DNA of 64,000 nt from an uncultured Haliea sp. (GCA_963977275.1 CAXBNX010000010.1:58962-122961); one strand, 5' to 3'. Counted from the first letter of the stretch, positions 55,171 to 64,000 are shown. Notes: generated from the letters alone by a model not told the origin. Made by a program: numbers and translations.

Positions 55171-56481
55171 ATGTTAAAACGAAGAATTGCAAGCGTCGCC
55201 CTGGCGACAGCTGTAACTGCTGGGGTCGCCTATGCGGGCAACCCTGAAGATGTGGAAACATCTTTCTATCCCTACAAGGACTCAGTTCCCGCCTTTGAAG
55301 GGTTGACTGTAGGAATGACAATAAACGCGACCAATGTTGACCAATTCAAGAGCATTCTGGACGCCGCAACCTATGAGCAGATCAAGAATGGTTGGTGGGA
55401 AATGACAGTGGGTGAAACCACCTCGTATGATCTGCATCCCAACTATGTAGAGGCTACCCGCAAAGGAGCGGCGCAGGTTTCTCTGGGTGAAGAGCTGGGT
55501 GAGATCAACGGCTTTGTTGCTGGCAGGCCCTTCCCGCAAGAGCCCGATCTAAATGATCCTCGTGCTGGTGAAAAGCTGGCCTGGAACTACAAGTATGGCT
55601 ACAACTGGGGCGACAGCGCCGCGATCTATCCGTTCTACTGGAGGTACCGCGACCTGGAGTCTGGCAAAATCGAGCGGACGCTTAAGTTTAACTTCCATTT
55701 TCTGAACTTCATGCACCGCGTAATACAAGATCCGGTACCCGAATTTGCCGACAATCCCTCAGAGATATTCAGGGCTATCTATGTACAGGTACTGGAGCCA
55801 TTCGACGTAAAAAATACCCAGCTGTTGATCTACCGCGCCGAGGACGATCTGAAGCAGGACGATACCTGGCTGTACCTGGGCTTCCAGCGCCGGGTCCGTC
55901 GCCTTTCGTCCGGCCAGATAACAGATGCGTTTCTGGGTGCAGATCTTATGATCGAGGATTTCGAAGGTTACAATGGTCGAATTTCTGACATGAACTGGAC
56001 CTATAAGGGCACCAAGAACCTGCTACTGCCTTTCTTCAATCACAATGATATGCCATTGGCCACGGACTTTGAAGAAAGTGATGGGTATCAGTTTATAGAT
56101 TTCGGTGGCAAGGGTGGCTGCTTCCCAAATATTACCTGGCAGCTTCGCAAGGTATATGAGCTTGAATCTGATCCTATCGATGACAATCATCCGATCAGTA
56201 AGCGAGTGCACTATGTGGATGCCCAGACCTTCACTCTGCCTAGAACCCTGATTTACGATCGCAAGGGCGACCTGTGGAAGTCATGGTTAATCGGACAGGC
56301 TCACCCCGATCATCATATGGAGAAAAATAAGGGTAGTGGCGTGGCCATTGATGATGCCTTTTCCATGCTCGATGTACAGGCGGGACACTGCACCACGGGC
56401 CAGTTCAAAGGCCAGGTGGATGCTGAACTGAATCCGATCAAGTTGTTTTCGGTACAGAATATGCGGGCGAAAGGTCGGTAA
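55171..56481 (+). CDS. DUF1329-family periplasmic (LolA-like) protein
   Basis: Has a signal peptide (...GVAYAG). It is 436 aa and sits in the usual position next to a DUF1302 gene. The family assignment is from memory. Confidence 0.65.
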   Translation: MLKRRIASVALATAVTAGVAYAGNPEDVETSFYPYKDSVPAFEGLTVGMTINATNVDQFKSILDAATYEQIKNGWWEMTVGETTSYDLHPNYVEATRKGAAQVSLGEELGEINGFVAGRPFPQEPDLNDPRAGEKLAWNYKYGYNWGDSAAIYPFYWRYRDLESGKIERTLKFNFHFLNFMHRVIQDPVPEFADNPSEIFRAIYVQVLEPFDVKNTQLLIYRAEDDLKQDDTWLYLGFQRRVRRLSSGQITDAFLGADLMIEDFEGYNGRISDMNWTYKGTKNLLLPFFNHNDMPLATDFEESDGYQFIDFGGKGGCFPNITWQLRKVYELESDPIDDNHPISKRVHYVDAQTFTLPRTLIYDRKGDLWKSWLIGQAHPDHHMEKNKGSGVAIDDAFSMLDVQAGHCTTGQFKGQVDAELNPIKLFSVQNMRAKGR

Positions 56482-56496
56482 AGATCCGGAGCGATT

Positions 56497-56537
56497 GCCA
56501 GCACCGGGCCATCGCGGTCGGGTGTTGGCTTTTTTTT
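56497..56537 (+). terminator. Rho-independent terminator after the DUF1329 gene
   Basis: Stem GCCAGCACC...GGTGTTGGC (9 bp with one G:U pair) followed by a T8 run. Confidence 0.7.
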
Positions 56538-56549
56538 AGTGGTGAAGCT

Positions 56550-57143
56550 ATGTGTGAACCAGTTGATGTTAAGTTGTTTTTTAATTTTCGAAGTCCTTAT
56601 TGCTATATCGCTTCGAAAACGCTGTTTGCGATATTTGATGAATTCCATACAAATCTGATCTGGCGTCCATTGGGAGGGTGGTCCGGTCGCTCCTCACCTG
56701 AACGAGCCAAGGTCAAGGTGCCACTTACGCGGCAGGACGTACGACGTATTACCGCAAAAATGGGTATTCCGATGACTCCGCCGCCGCTGACTACTGAGCC
56801 GACTAAAGCGGCTGCAGCGTCATTGTTGGCCGAGGAGCGAAATTTGCTGCGGCCCTGGATTGTCGAGGTAATGCGTGCCGAATGGGCCGGTGGCCTGGAT
56901 ATCGGTGATGAACAGGTGTTGCTCGAGGTTGGCGAAAAAGTGGGACTGGAGGCGGCGGAATTGCAGGCTGCCTTCAACGATGAAGCCAAACTGTCACAAC
57001 TGGACAAGAACTGGGAGGAAGCTCAGGAACTGGGTCTGATCGGCGTGCCCAGTTTCCAGATTGGTGATGAATTGTTCTGGGGCAGTGACCGAATTCAGTA
57101 CGTTAAGGATTTTTTAAGAGACCTGCGTGTGAGCAGGTTATAG
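56550..57143 (+). CDS. DsbA-fold 2-hydroxychromene-2-carboxylate isomerase-family protein
   Basis: Has the N-terminus KLFFNFRSPYCYIAS and the C-terminus GVPSFQIGDELFWGSDR, both typical of the HCCA isomerase / kappa-GST-like family. Confidence 0.8.
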   Translation: MCEPVDVKLFFNFRSPYCYIASKTLFAIFDEFHTNLIWRPLGGWSGRSSPERAKVKVPLTRQDVRRITAKMGIPMTPPPLTTEPTKAAAASLLAEERNLLRPWIVEVMRAEWAGGLDIGDEQVLLEVGEKVGLEAAELQAAFNDEAKLSQLDKNWEEAQELGLIGVPSFQIGDELFWGSDRIQYVKDFLRDLRVSRL

Positions 57144-57162
57144 CAAGCCTGGAGTAAGCAGA

Positions 57163-57474
57163 ATGCTGGAACTTTATACACACCCGATGTCCCACTGTGC
57201 GCAAAAAGTGCGCATTGTTTTGGCCGAGAAAGGTCTGGATTGGACCAAGCACCAGGTCAGCCTTCCCGACAAGGAAAACCTGCAGCCTGAGTATCTCAAG
57301 CTCAACCCGCTGGGTGTGGTACCGACGCTGGTGCATGAGCGGCGGCCCATTATTGAGTCGAGTATTATCTGTGAATACCTGGAAGACACTTACCCGGAGG
57401 CGTTGTTGGCCGATTTGCAGGGGAGGGGTGAGGAGGCCTGGAAGAAAGTCGAGATGTATCTGGACAAGATATGA
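57163..57474 (+). CDS. Stand-alone GST N-terminal (thioredoxin-like) domain protein, probably a truncated GST
   Basis: 103 aa. ...VVPTLVHERRPIIESSIICEYLED is a GST_N domain, and no C-terminal helical domain follows. It overlaps the next GST gene by ATGA. Confidence 0.6.
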   Translation: MLELYTHPMSHCAQKVRIVLAEKGLDWTKHQVSLPDKENLQPEYLKLNPLGVVPTLVHERRPIIESSIICEYLEDTYPEALLADLQGRGEEAWKKVEMYLDKI

Positions 57475-58091
57475 TTACACTGTATGAACGCACGGATTGC
57501 CCGTTCTGCTGGAAAGTGCGCCTGGCCCTGGCTGAGCTGGATCTGGAATATGAGGCGGTGGCAACCCGGTTGGGTGAAAAGCACCCTGAACTGGCTCGCC
57601 TGAGCCCGACGGGAACCGTACCTGTCCTGGTTGATGGCGATACAGTTATCTGGGAATCTGCGGTGATTCTTGAGTATCTGGCTGGACGTTATTCACCGGG
57701 CTCGCTATTTCCCGGTGATGCGGCCGAGCAGGCCAGGATTCGATTACTGCATGCCTACTCGGACAAGATTGTGGGCAGTTGCCTGCGTGAGCTGGTCTTC
57801 GAGCGGCGCTCGAAACCTGAGCCTGAATGGGATCAAGGCATTATTCAGGCCAGTCAACGGAAGTGGCGAGACTGTCAGGTCCGACTGGAGCAGGAGCTGG
57901 GTGAAGCGCTTTTTTTTGGCGCATGCTTTACTGCGGCAGACTGCGCCCTGGCAGCGCGTTTTGGCGTGGCGGAAGCCTATGGAGCCGGTGTGACCGCAGC
58001 GTTTCCGCGCTTGCAACAATGGTATGCAGCACTGGTCGAAAGGCCGAGCTGGCAGGCCGCTTACCCCGACTCTTTTATCAGAACAAACTAA
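57471..58091 (+). CDS. Glutathione S-transferase / glutaredoxin-2-like (CPFC motif)
   Basis: LYERTDCPFCWKVRLAL...TVPVLVDGDTVIWESAVILEYL is followed by a full C-terminal domain. Confidence 0.8.
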   Translation: MITLYERTDCPFCWKVRLALAELDLEYEAVATRLGEKHPELARLSPTGTVPVLVDGDTVIWESAVILEYLAGRYSPGSLFPGDAAEQARIRLLHAYSDKIVGSCLRELVFERRSKPEPEWDQGIIQASQRKWRDCQVRLEQELGEALFFGACFTAADCALAARFGVAEAYGAGVTAAFPRLQQWYAALVERPSWQAAYPDSFIRTN

Positions 58092-58097
58092 CTGACA

Positions 58098-58664
58098 ATG
58101 AATGATACGTCGGGCGTCAGCTCACAACAGACACATGCCGATTCGGTAACGGTTTCCGTCGCCCGCCGTGTGAAACCCGGGCGCGAGGCCGATTACGAAC
58201 AGTGGGTGAAAGGTATTACTGCGGAAGCCTTAAACTTCCCGGGCCATATGGGGGTTAACGTAATACGACCTACTGCCGCATCGCGGGACTATGTGACAAT
58301 CTTTCGATTCGACACCCACCAGCATCAACAGGACTGGGAAGCATCACAGGCGCGTGCAAACTGGCTGGCGCGCCTGGATGGCATCGTCGAGGGGGAGGGC
58401 AGTGTTAAGCGAGGTACCGGGCTTGAGTTCTGGTTCAGCTTGCCGGAATTGCCAACCTCACAGCCGTCACCTCATAAAATGGCATTGGTTCTGTTTGTTG
58501 TGGTGTCTGTTCTGGTCCTTTTACTTAACGTGATATTGTCCCCGCTGGTGGCGGATTGGCCCTATTTCTTTAAAGTCATACTGGCTGTTTTTCTGCAGGT
58601 GACACTCATGACCTATCTGGTTATGCCCCGGGTGACTCGCTTGCTGAAATCCTGGTTGTTTTGA
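58098..58664 (+). CDS. ABM (antibiotic-biosynthesis-monooxygenase-like) domain protein with a C-terminal membrane anchor
   Basis: Has a ferredoxin-like ABM pattern (VTVSVARRVKPGREADYEQW...YVTIFRFDT). Two hydrophobic helices lie at the C-terminus. Confidence 0.55.
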   Translation: MNDTSGVSSQQTHADSVTVSVARRVKPGREADYEQWVKGITAEALNFPGHMGVNVIRPTAASRDYVTIFRFDTHQHQQDWEASQARANWLARLDGIVEGEGSVKRGTGLEFWFSLPELPTSQPSPHKMALVLFVVVSVLVLLLNVILSPLVADWPYFFKVILAVFLQVTLMTYLVMPRVTRLLKSWLF

Positions 58665-58692
58665 AATAAAAACTGTGTAGCGCTGCTCTTTA

Positions 58693-60939
58693 CTACTGGA
58701 ATCGGGCCGTGGCCGCCACACCCCAGTAACGCGGATCGCCACGACGAGACACGGGCCCCGCGCCGACATCCTGCTCAAAGATGCGGTACTTCTCGTTCAG
58801 TAGGTTGCGCACAAAGATATCCAGCTGCCAGGCGTCTGACGGGGTGAAGTAACTTACCTTTGCGTCCTGCAGATAAAAACTGCCCTGGCGAGCATCGTGG
58901 CTATTCTGGACAGTGAAAAAGACCTCACTCTGGTAACTGGACAACAGGTTAGCTCCCAGCGCTCCCCAGGCGTAGTCGTCAGAGCGCCAGTTCACCGTGG
59001 CGCCGGCGCTGTACTCGGGTGCAAGAATGGGTCTATTGCCACCGAAATTGCCTTCGTCTGTCGTGTAATCTTTGAACTCCGCGTATAGCCAACTGCCATT
59101 GAGTCCCACCGTCAAACCTGGATACGGGGTATATGCCAGCTCCAGTTCGAGGCCGTGGCCGTCCACGCCGTTGGCGTTGCCTGTGCGGGCAATGCCGTCG
59201 GCAATAATCTGGACCTGATAATCCTGGTAGTCGTAAACAAAGGCAGCGAGCTGGTAGCTCAGGCGCCGCTGTAGCGTCTCGCCCCGAATTCCCAGGTCCA
59301 GATTCCACACCTGTTCCGGATCAAAGACTGACAGGGACTGCGTCGACGAGGGCTCAAAACCACCGGCCTTATACCCTTTGGCCAGATTCGCAAAGGCATT
59401 GTGATTGGGGCTGAACTGCCAGTTCAGATAGAAGCGCGGCTGCCAGTCATCCCAGCTTTCGTCAACATGTTCCCAACCATCGCTGGAATATCCCAGGACA
59501 TTACCCGAGGGATTGACCGGGGTGGTGTTCAAGCGGGTTATCACGCTGGTCACGGGTGGCGCATTGTATTTGAAGTTTTTATCATCGTAGCTGTAGCGCA
59601 AACCGGCGCCCACGGTTAGATCAGTGGATAACAACCAACTGACGTCGGCAAAAACTCCGGCACTCAAATAGTCTCCCCGCTGGTCGGATTTTTCGAGAAC
59701 ACTGTCCTGGCATACCCCCAGAACCGGCTCCAGCGTTGGGGCGCACAGTCCCAGACCTGAAAGCTGGTTGGTATCGCTGTAGCCCAGCTCGATGGTGGCA
59801 TCAATATCCTCATCAAATACGATGGCGCCGGTGACCCAGTCAAGTTGTCCGCTGTTACCCTGTAGCCGAAATTCCTGGCTCAGCGTTTCGTCCTTGCGGG
59901 TTGTGAAACCTGCCGTGGTAAGAAAAATGGCACTGCCATCGACATCAAAAAGATTGGGACTATCATTGTAGTGCCATGCGGTGATCGAGGTAAGCTGGAG
60001 CTGTTGCGAAAGTTGCCAGTTGATTTGTAGTGAGGCGTCATTACTTTTGACATTGTCATAAGTGTGAGTATCGATGGCCATCACCCCGTCAAAAGGATCC
60101 GGCTTCACTCCTCCCGCTGCGGCCAGTGCCGGCACAAGAGTTTCATAACCAAGCCCATTGGTGGTGGTTTTTTGCGAGCTCAAGCGAAAAAGGGTTTCCA
60201 TTGTATCTGCATCGAAACGCAGGGCCAGTTGCCCGCCGTTGGTATTGCTATCGCCCACGTCTCGGCCCAACCAGATGTTTTCTATGTACCCGTCATTTTC
60301 AAAGTGAAAGGCCGAAAAGCGCAGTGACCACGCGTCAGACAATGGCAGGTTAGCGGTAGCCCGGGCACCCCGGGAGTCGTTGTCTCCGGCTTCCACCGTC
60401 ACTTCCAGGGCCGGGATATCATCGGGAAGTTTGTGGCGCACCAGGATGGCGCCCGCTGAGGCATTACGCCCGAACAGTGTGCCCTGCGGGCCTTTGAGAA
60501 CTTCTACCTGGTCCACATCAATCAATGTAAGCGATGTGCTATTGATTCTGCCGCGGTAGGTTTCGTCTACAAATACCCCCAGACTGCCTTCACCGCCCAC
60601 CCCGAAACTGTTTGAGCTGATGCCGCGAATAGCGAAAATTGGTGTGCTGACACCCTGTTCCCAGCCGCTGAGTCCCGGGGTGGCTGCCACCATGCTCTCA
60701 ATACGCTCCATTCGGAACTGCTTCAGAAAGGTACTGTCCAGTACCGTGATCGACAGGGGTACATCCTCCAGCGCCTGCTTGCGCAGCTGAGCCCGGACCA
60801 CCACTTCTTCAAGAGTAACCTGATCGGGTTCGGCCTCTGTTCGAGGACCCAAGGTGAGCCCCGATAGCAGTACCATTACGATTAACGGGCCGCGCATAAA
60901 CAACCTTGTCGCCAGCCTGAACAGGCTGGCTTCGAACAT
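58693..60939 (-). CDS. TonB-dependent receptor
   Basis: Has a signal peptide, a TonB-box-like TLEEVVVRA and a plug domain (VEVLKGPQGTLFGRNASAG). The barrel is long and rich in Gly, Tyr, Asp and Asn. Confidence 0.9.
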   Translation of the reverse strand: MFEASLFRLATRLFMRGPLIVMVLLSGLTLGPRTEAEPDQVTLEEVVVRAQLRKQALEDVPLSITVLDSTFLKQFRMERIESMVAATPGLSGWEQGVSTPIFAIRGISSNSFGVGGEGSLGVFVDETYRGRINSTSLTLIDVDQVEVLKGPQGTLFGRNASAGAILVRHKLPDDIPALEVTVEAGDNDSRGARATANLPLSDAWSLRFSAFHFENDGYIENIWLGRDVGDSNTNGGQLALRFDADTMETLFRLSSQKTTTNGLGYETLVPALAAAGGVKPDPFDGVMAIDTHTYDNVKSNDASLQINWQLSQQLQLTSITAWHYNDSPNLFDVDGSAIFLTTAGFTTRKDETLSQEFRLQGNSGQLDWVTGAIVFDEDIDATIELGYSDTNQLSGLGLCAPTLEPVLGVCQDSVLEKSDQRGDYLSAGVFADVSWLLSTDLTVGAGLRYSYDDKNFKYNAPPVTSVITRLNTTPVNPSGNVLGYSSDGWEHVDESWDDWQPRFYLNWQFSPNHNAFANLAKGYKAGGFEPSSTQSLSVFDPEQVWNLDLGIRGETLQRRLSYQLAAFVYDYQDYQVQIIADGIARTGNANGVDGHGLELELAYTPYPGLTVGLNGSWLYAEFKDYTTDEGNFGGNRPILAPEYSAGATVNWRSDDYAWGALGANLLSSYQSEVFFTVQNSHDARQGSFYLQDAKVSYFTPSDAWQLDIFVRNLLNEKYRIFEQDVGAGPVSRRGDPRYWGVAATARFQ

Positions 60940-60990
60940 TACAGTGGTGGTTGCGCCCGGTACGTGGCGCAGGAAAGGCGAGGGAGCTCG

Positions 60991-62328
60991 CTACAAGGAC
61001 AATACCGCGCGCTCGTGCGACAGCTCCTTGAACCCATGTATACCGTGGTAGCGGCCTATCCCACTGTTGTTAACACCGCCGAATGGCAGGTGATGTTCAA
61101 GCGCGTGCATAACGCAATTGTTTACCGTAACGCCGCCAGAGGAGGTGCGCTGCAGCATGTCCTGAACAAACTCCTCGCTCTGGGTGAACAGGTACAGTGC
61201 GAGAGGTTTGGGCTGCTTCTGGATCGCCGATACCACCTCATCAATGTGTTTGTAGGTGTACACCGAGAGTATGGGGCCAAAGGTTTCCTCCGAGCGTATA
61301 CGGGACTGAGCGGGCACATCGGTGAGCAGGGTGGGGTGTATTGAAAGGCCCGCTTCATCTGTCTCGCCGCCGCAGACCACCGTGGCGCCCCGTTCCCTGG
61401 CGTCATCAATATAGCCTTTAACCCTTTCGAAATTGCGCAGGTCTACAATTTTGCCCTGCTCTTCGGTATCCAGTTTTCCATCGTTGTAAAACATTTCCCG
61501 ATAGGTCGCCTCGGCGACTGCCAGGAATTCATCTTTCTGTTCCTCGGCCACCCAGATCTCCTCCGGGCACAGGCAGACCTGGCCGCTATTCATATTACGT
61601 ACTGCGGCAATTTTTGTAGCGGCGTCCGCTATGTCGGCTGTGCGATCAACGATCACGGGGTTCTTGCCACCGAGCTCCAGTGTTACCGAGGCCAAATGTT
61701 TCGCGGCGGCGCCCATCACGATCTTGCCCACTGCGGGGCTGCCGGTGAAGAATATGTGGTTTACCGGTAGCTCAAGTAACTGGTTTGCTAACTCTATGCC
61801 ACCTTCGAACACTGCGACCTCGGCTGGATCAAAGACCTCGCGGATAATTTGCGCGGTGATCTTGCTGGTTTCCGGTGCCATTTCATTGGGCTTCACGATG
61901 GCGCAGTTGCCGGCGGCGATAATCGGCACCAGTGGCTCAAAAATCAGGCTGAATGGAAAGTTCCACGGCCCGAAGAGCAGAACGATGCCGCGTGCTTCGT
62001 AGGAAAGCCACGCTTTCGCTCCAGCGAACAGTTCACAGGTTTCAACTTTGACAGGCTGCATCCACTCGGTGAGATTTTCAACTGCATCATCGATATCCGT
62101 ATAGGTCATGGATAATTCCAGACCGGCGGATGTATCGTTCTTGCGCAAGTCGGCGTGCAGAGCTTGCTTGATTTCAGCTTCACGCGCCTGAATGGCTGAT
62201 TTGAGCCGCTGCAATGTGGCAATTCGTTCCTGCGCGCCCAACCGTTTGACATGCCATTGGTGCTCAAGTTGCAGGTCAAAAACCCTGCCCAGATCGCCGG
62301 TTTCCAGTTGTTTCTGCTGCTGATTCAT
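60991..62328 (-). CDS. Aldehyde dehydrogenase (ALDH3 / coniferyl-aldehyde dehydrogenase-like)
   Basis: Has the ALDH motifs ELGGKNP and NSGQVCLCPE. Length is 445 aa with a GGAG RBS. Confidence 0.85.
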   Translation of the reverse strand: MNQQQKQLETGDLGRVFDLQLEHQWHVKRLGAQERIATLQRLKSAIQAREAEIKQALHADLRKNDTSAGLELSMTYTDIDDAVENLTEWMQPVKVETCELFAGAKAWLSYEARGIVLLFGPWNFPFSLIFEPLVPIIAAGNCAIVKPNEMAPETSKITAQIIREVFDPAEVAVFEGGIELANQLLELPVNHIFFTGSPAVGKIVMGAAAKHLASVTLELGGKNPVIVDRTADIADAATKIAAVRNMNSGQVCLCPEEIWVAEEQKDEFLAVAEATYREMFYNDGKLDTEEQGKIVDLRNFERVKGYIDDARERGATVVCGGETDEAGLSIHPTLLTDVPAQSRIRSEETFGPILSVYTYKHIDEVVSAIQKQPKPLALYLFTQSEEFVQDMLQRTSSGGVTVNNCVMHALEHHLPFGGVNNSGIGRYHGIHGFKELSHERAVLSL

Positions 62329-62371
62329 ATTCGACTCCGTCGTTTGAATGTAGGAAGGGAATAGCCTGACA

Positions 62372-62396
62372 GTTTATACTATCTGCAGTATAGAAC
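62372..62396. promoter_or_regulatory. Inverted repeat in the divergent ALDH / epoxide-hydrolase promoter region
   Basis: The sequence is GTTTATACT-ATCTGC-AGTATAGAAC, with core arms TATACT/AGTATA. The left arm resembles the GTTTATACC core seen at 35968, 36916 and 38108. Confidence 0.35.
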
Positions 62397-62411
62397 AGTA
62401 GAGGAATATTG

Positions 62412-63380
62412 ATGAAGAGTCTTGTGGTCAGCGGCGGCAGCGAAGGGATTGAAATTAGCGTCAAGATTGAGGGTGAGGAGGATGCACCGCTGATTCTGTG
62501 TGTTCATGGCTGGCCAGAGCTCTGGTACTCATGGCGTCACCAGATGAGGTATTTTGCAGACCGAGGCTACCGGGTCGCGGCCATGGATGTTCGCGGTTAT
62601 GGACAAAGCGCTAAACCCGCTGCCATTGAAGCTTATACACTGAGCCAGTTGGCCGGTGATGTTGCCGCTGTGGCACAAGCGCTGGACCCAAACCCCGTCA
62701 TACTATTTGGCCACGACTGGGGAGCCCCCATCATCTACAACACGGCTTTGCTATACCCCGATGCGATCAAGGGGCTTGCCGGACTTAGCGTTCCTTTCAC
62801 GCCCTGGAGTGAAAACTCGCTACTGGCCATGATGAAACTGATCTATGAAGATCGATTCTTCTATATCAATTACTTTCAACAACCTGTGGTGCCAGAGCGG
62901 GAGATGGAAAAGGATATCGCTGTGACTCTGCGTAAAATTTACCACGCTCTTTCAGGTAACTCTCAAGCAGATGACTGGCTGAAGCCCCAATCCCTGGATA
63001 ATGGCCTATTGGATCACCTGCTTGACCCGAAACCGTTTCCGGACTGGCTCTCAGAACAGGATTTGCAGGTTTATATCGACGCCTTCGCGAGTGGCGGTTT
63101 CAGGGGGCCGCTGAATCGGTACCGGGCGCTGGAGATGGATTACACCGATTTTTCTCGCTATCGAGACCGCCATCTTTCCATGCCGGTATGTTTTATCGGG
63201 GGAGAGTTAGATGCCGTACGCGACTATGTGCCGGGTGCTGATGGGTATGCCGATCCGGGTGTCGGTTGTGATGACTTTCGCGGCTCGACCTTAATTCCGG
63301 GAGTGGGCCACTGGGTTCAGCAGGAAGCCCCGGAGGAAACCAATCGGGCCTTACTGCGCTTTCTTGAAGGTGTGCAGTAG
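62412..63380 (+). CDS. Alpha/beta-fold epoxide hydrolase
   Basis: Has the HGWP oxyanion motif (VHGWPELWYSWRHQ), the Asp nucleophile elbow GHDWGA and a C-terminal GVGHWVQQE. ATG 62412 follows an AGAGGAA RBS. Confidence 0.85.
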   Translation: MKSLVVSGGSEGIEISVKIEGEEDAPLILCVHGWPELWYSWRHQMRYFADRGYRVAAMDVRGYGQSAKPAAIEAYTLSQLAGDVAAVAQALDPNPVILFGHDWGAPIIYNTALLYPDAIKGLAGLSVPFTPWSENSLLAMMKLIYEDRFFYINYFQQPVVPEREMEKDIAVTLRKIYHALSGNSQADDWLKPQSLDNGLLDHLLDPKPFPDWLSEQDLQVYIDAFASGGFRGPLNRYRALEMDYTDFSRYRDRHLSMPVCFIGGELDAVRDYVPGADGYADPGVGCDDFRGSTLIPGVGHWVQQEAPEETNRALLRFLEGVQ

Positions 63381-63862
63381 GGAAGTGGCGAGGTAGTGTG
63401 AGTTATTGGCGGCCCATTGAGGGCCGGATTTGAGCGTACTGTTTTTGGGCGTAAGCAAATACTTCTAAATATCTGTATCGTCGCACTTACCGGAATTTTA
63501 GCCTGGATGCTCTTACGCTTGATTTCTGGCCACATAAAATTTGGAGTCGGCATAGAGAACTCCCCCCCTGCGCTAATTTCTCCGCAGTATCGGTGCCTCC
63601 CGCCTACAACTGCTGACGCGCTCGTTGACGCAAGTTGATATTGCCGGCTGAAGGCGTCGATATCCCACCAACTCGAGACTTAAAGGCATGACTACCGTTG
63701 CTGGACAGCGCTACTCTGATTACAAACCTTTCCTTTATAACTAGCAAGAATAGTCGAAGTGGACACATATACCTGCGTGGAGTACTTTATTGAATTCAAG
63801 GTGAAAAACTCCACCCCATAGTTGGTTGTAGACTTGCCGCCAGCTGGTATATTTCCCCGCTC

Positions 63863-64000
63863 ATGAAGTTTTACCCGGAAAAGGAATTAACCTTGTCGAA
63901 GCGCTGCCTGATTTTGGACCAGGACCAAGACCACGCCATCGCACTTGAAAGTGCGTGCGGCGCACTCGGTTTTAGTATCCAACGTGTTTCTACTGTAGCG
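63863..64000 (+). CDS. Possible 5' end of a gene running off the window (46 codons)
   Basis: ATG 63863 opens a frame (MKFYPEKELTLSKRCLILDQDQDHAIALE...) that stays open to the window end. The LILDQDQ segment vaguely resembles the start of a receiver domain. Confidence 0.2.
   Translation, partial: MKFYPEKELTLSKRCLILDQDQDHAIALESACGALGFSIQRVSTVA

Noticed and set aside
63417-63638. A 73-aa + strand ORF with one hydrophobic segment after the epoxide hydrolase gene.
   Set aside because: There is no RBS or family signature. It may be a small membrane protein, but the evidence is insufficient to call it.
1-64000. Search for CRISPR arrays, IS elements or transposases, integrases, phage genes, tRNA/rRNA genes and known defence systems.
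   Set aside because: I recognised no spaced direct-repeat array, transposase or integrase motifs, long terminal inverted repeats, or tRNA-like cloverleaf. Every ORF above about 100 aa could be assigned to a metabolic, transport or regulatory family. A tRNA or small RNA could still be missed by eye.

Overview
The window is a dense catabolic region with about 60 genes. It looks like a Gammaproteobacterium genome of roughly 55% GC; both are judged by eye, and the taxon is a guess. I recognised no rRNA, tRNA, CRISPR array, transposase or integrase.

Main blocks, in order:
1. An AraC-linked operon on the + strand: Baeyer-Villiger monooxygenase (BVMO), acyl-CoA ligase, serine esterase and amidohydrolase_2.
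2. A large lipoprotein multicopper oxidase, a bacterial voltage-gated cation channel, and small accessory genes.
3. On the - strand, a DmpR/XylR-type sigma-54 activator, a meta-cleavage hydrolase, a consensus sigma-54 promoter, a six-component phenol hydroxylase (dmpKLMNOP-like), a XylT-type ferredoxin and a second BVMO.
4. Esterases, an arylsulfatase with a DUF1254/DUF1214 protein, GSTs, SDRs, and a TetR / peroxiredoxin-like unit.
5. An MFS aromatic-acid-type transporter with GntR and LysR regulators.
6. Two catechol meta-cleavage gene sets on the + strand. In the first, dmpF is frameshifted and dmpG has an internal deletion. The second (dmpB-dmpC-dmpH) runs straight into a four-gene envelope module of unknown function: a Ycf48-like lipoprotein, an RND/MMPL-type permease with an in-frame TAG, a DUF1302 barrel and a DUF1329 protein.
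7. An isomerase/GST/ABM cluster, an aldehyde dehydrogenase with a TonB-dependent receptor, and an epoxide hydrolase.

Most interesting observations:
- The uncharacterised envelope module is wired into an aromatic-degradation operon.
- A promoter module (LysR box, -35, -10) is duplicated in front of both meta-cleavage sets.
- An array of AATATCGATAA boxes is shared with the GntR gene promoter.
- Several independent gene lesions affect the lower meta pathway.
- The cation channel has a Ca-type selectivity filter.

All functional calls come from motif and family recognition by eye. No database search was run.
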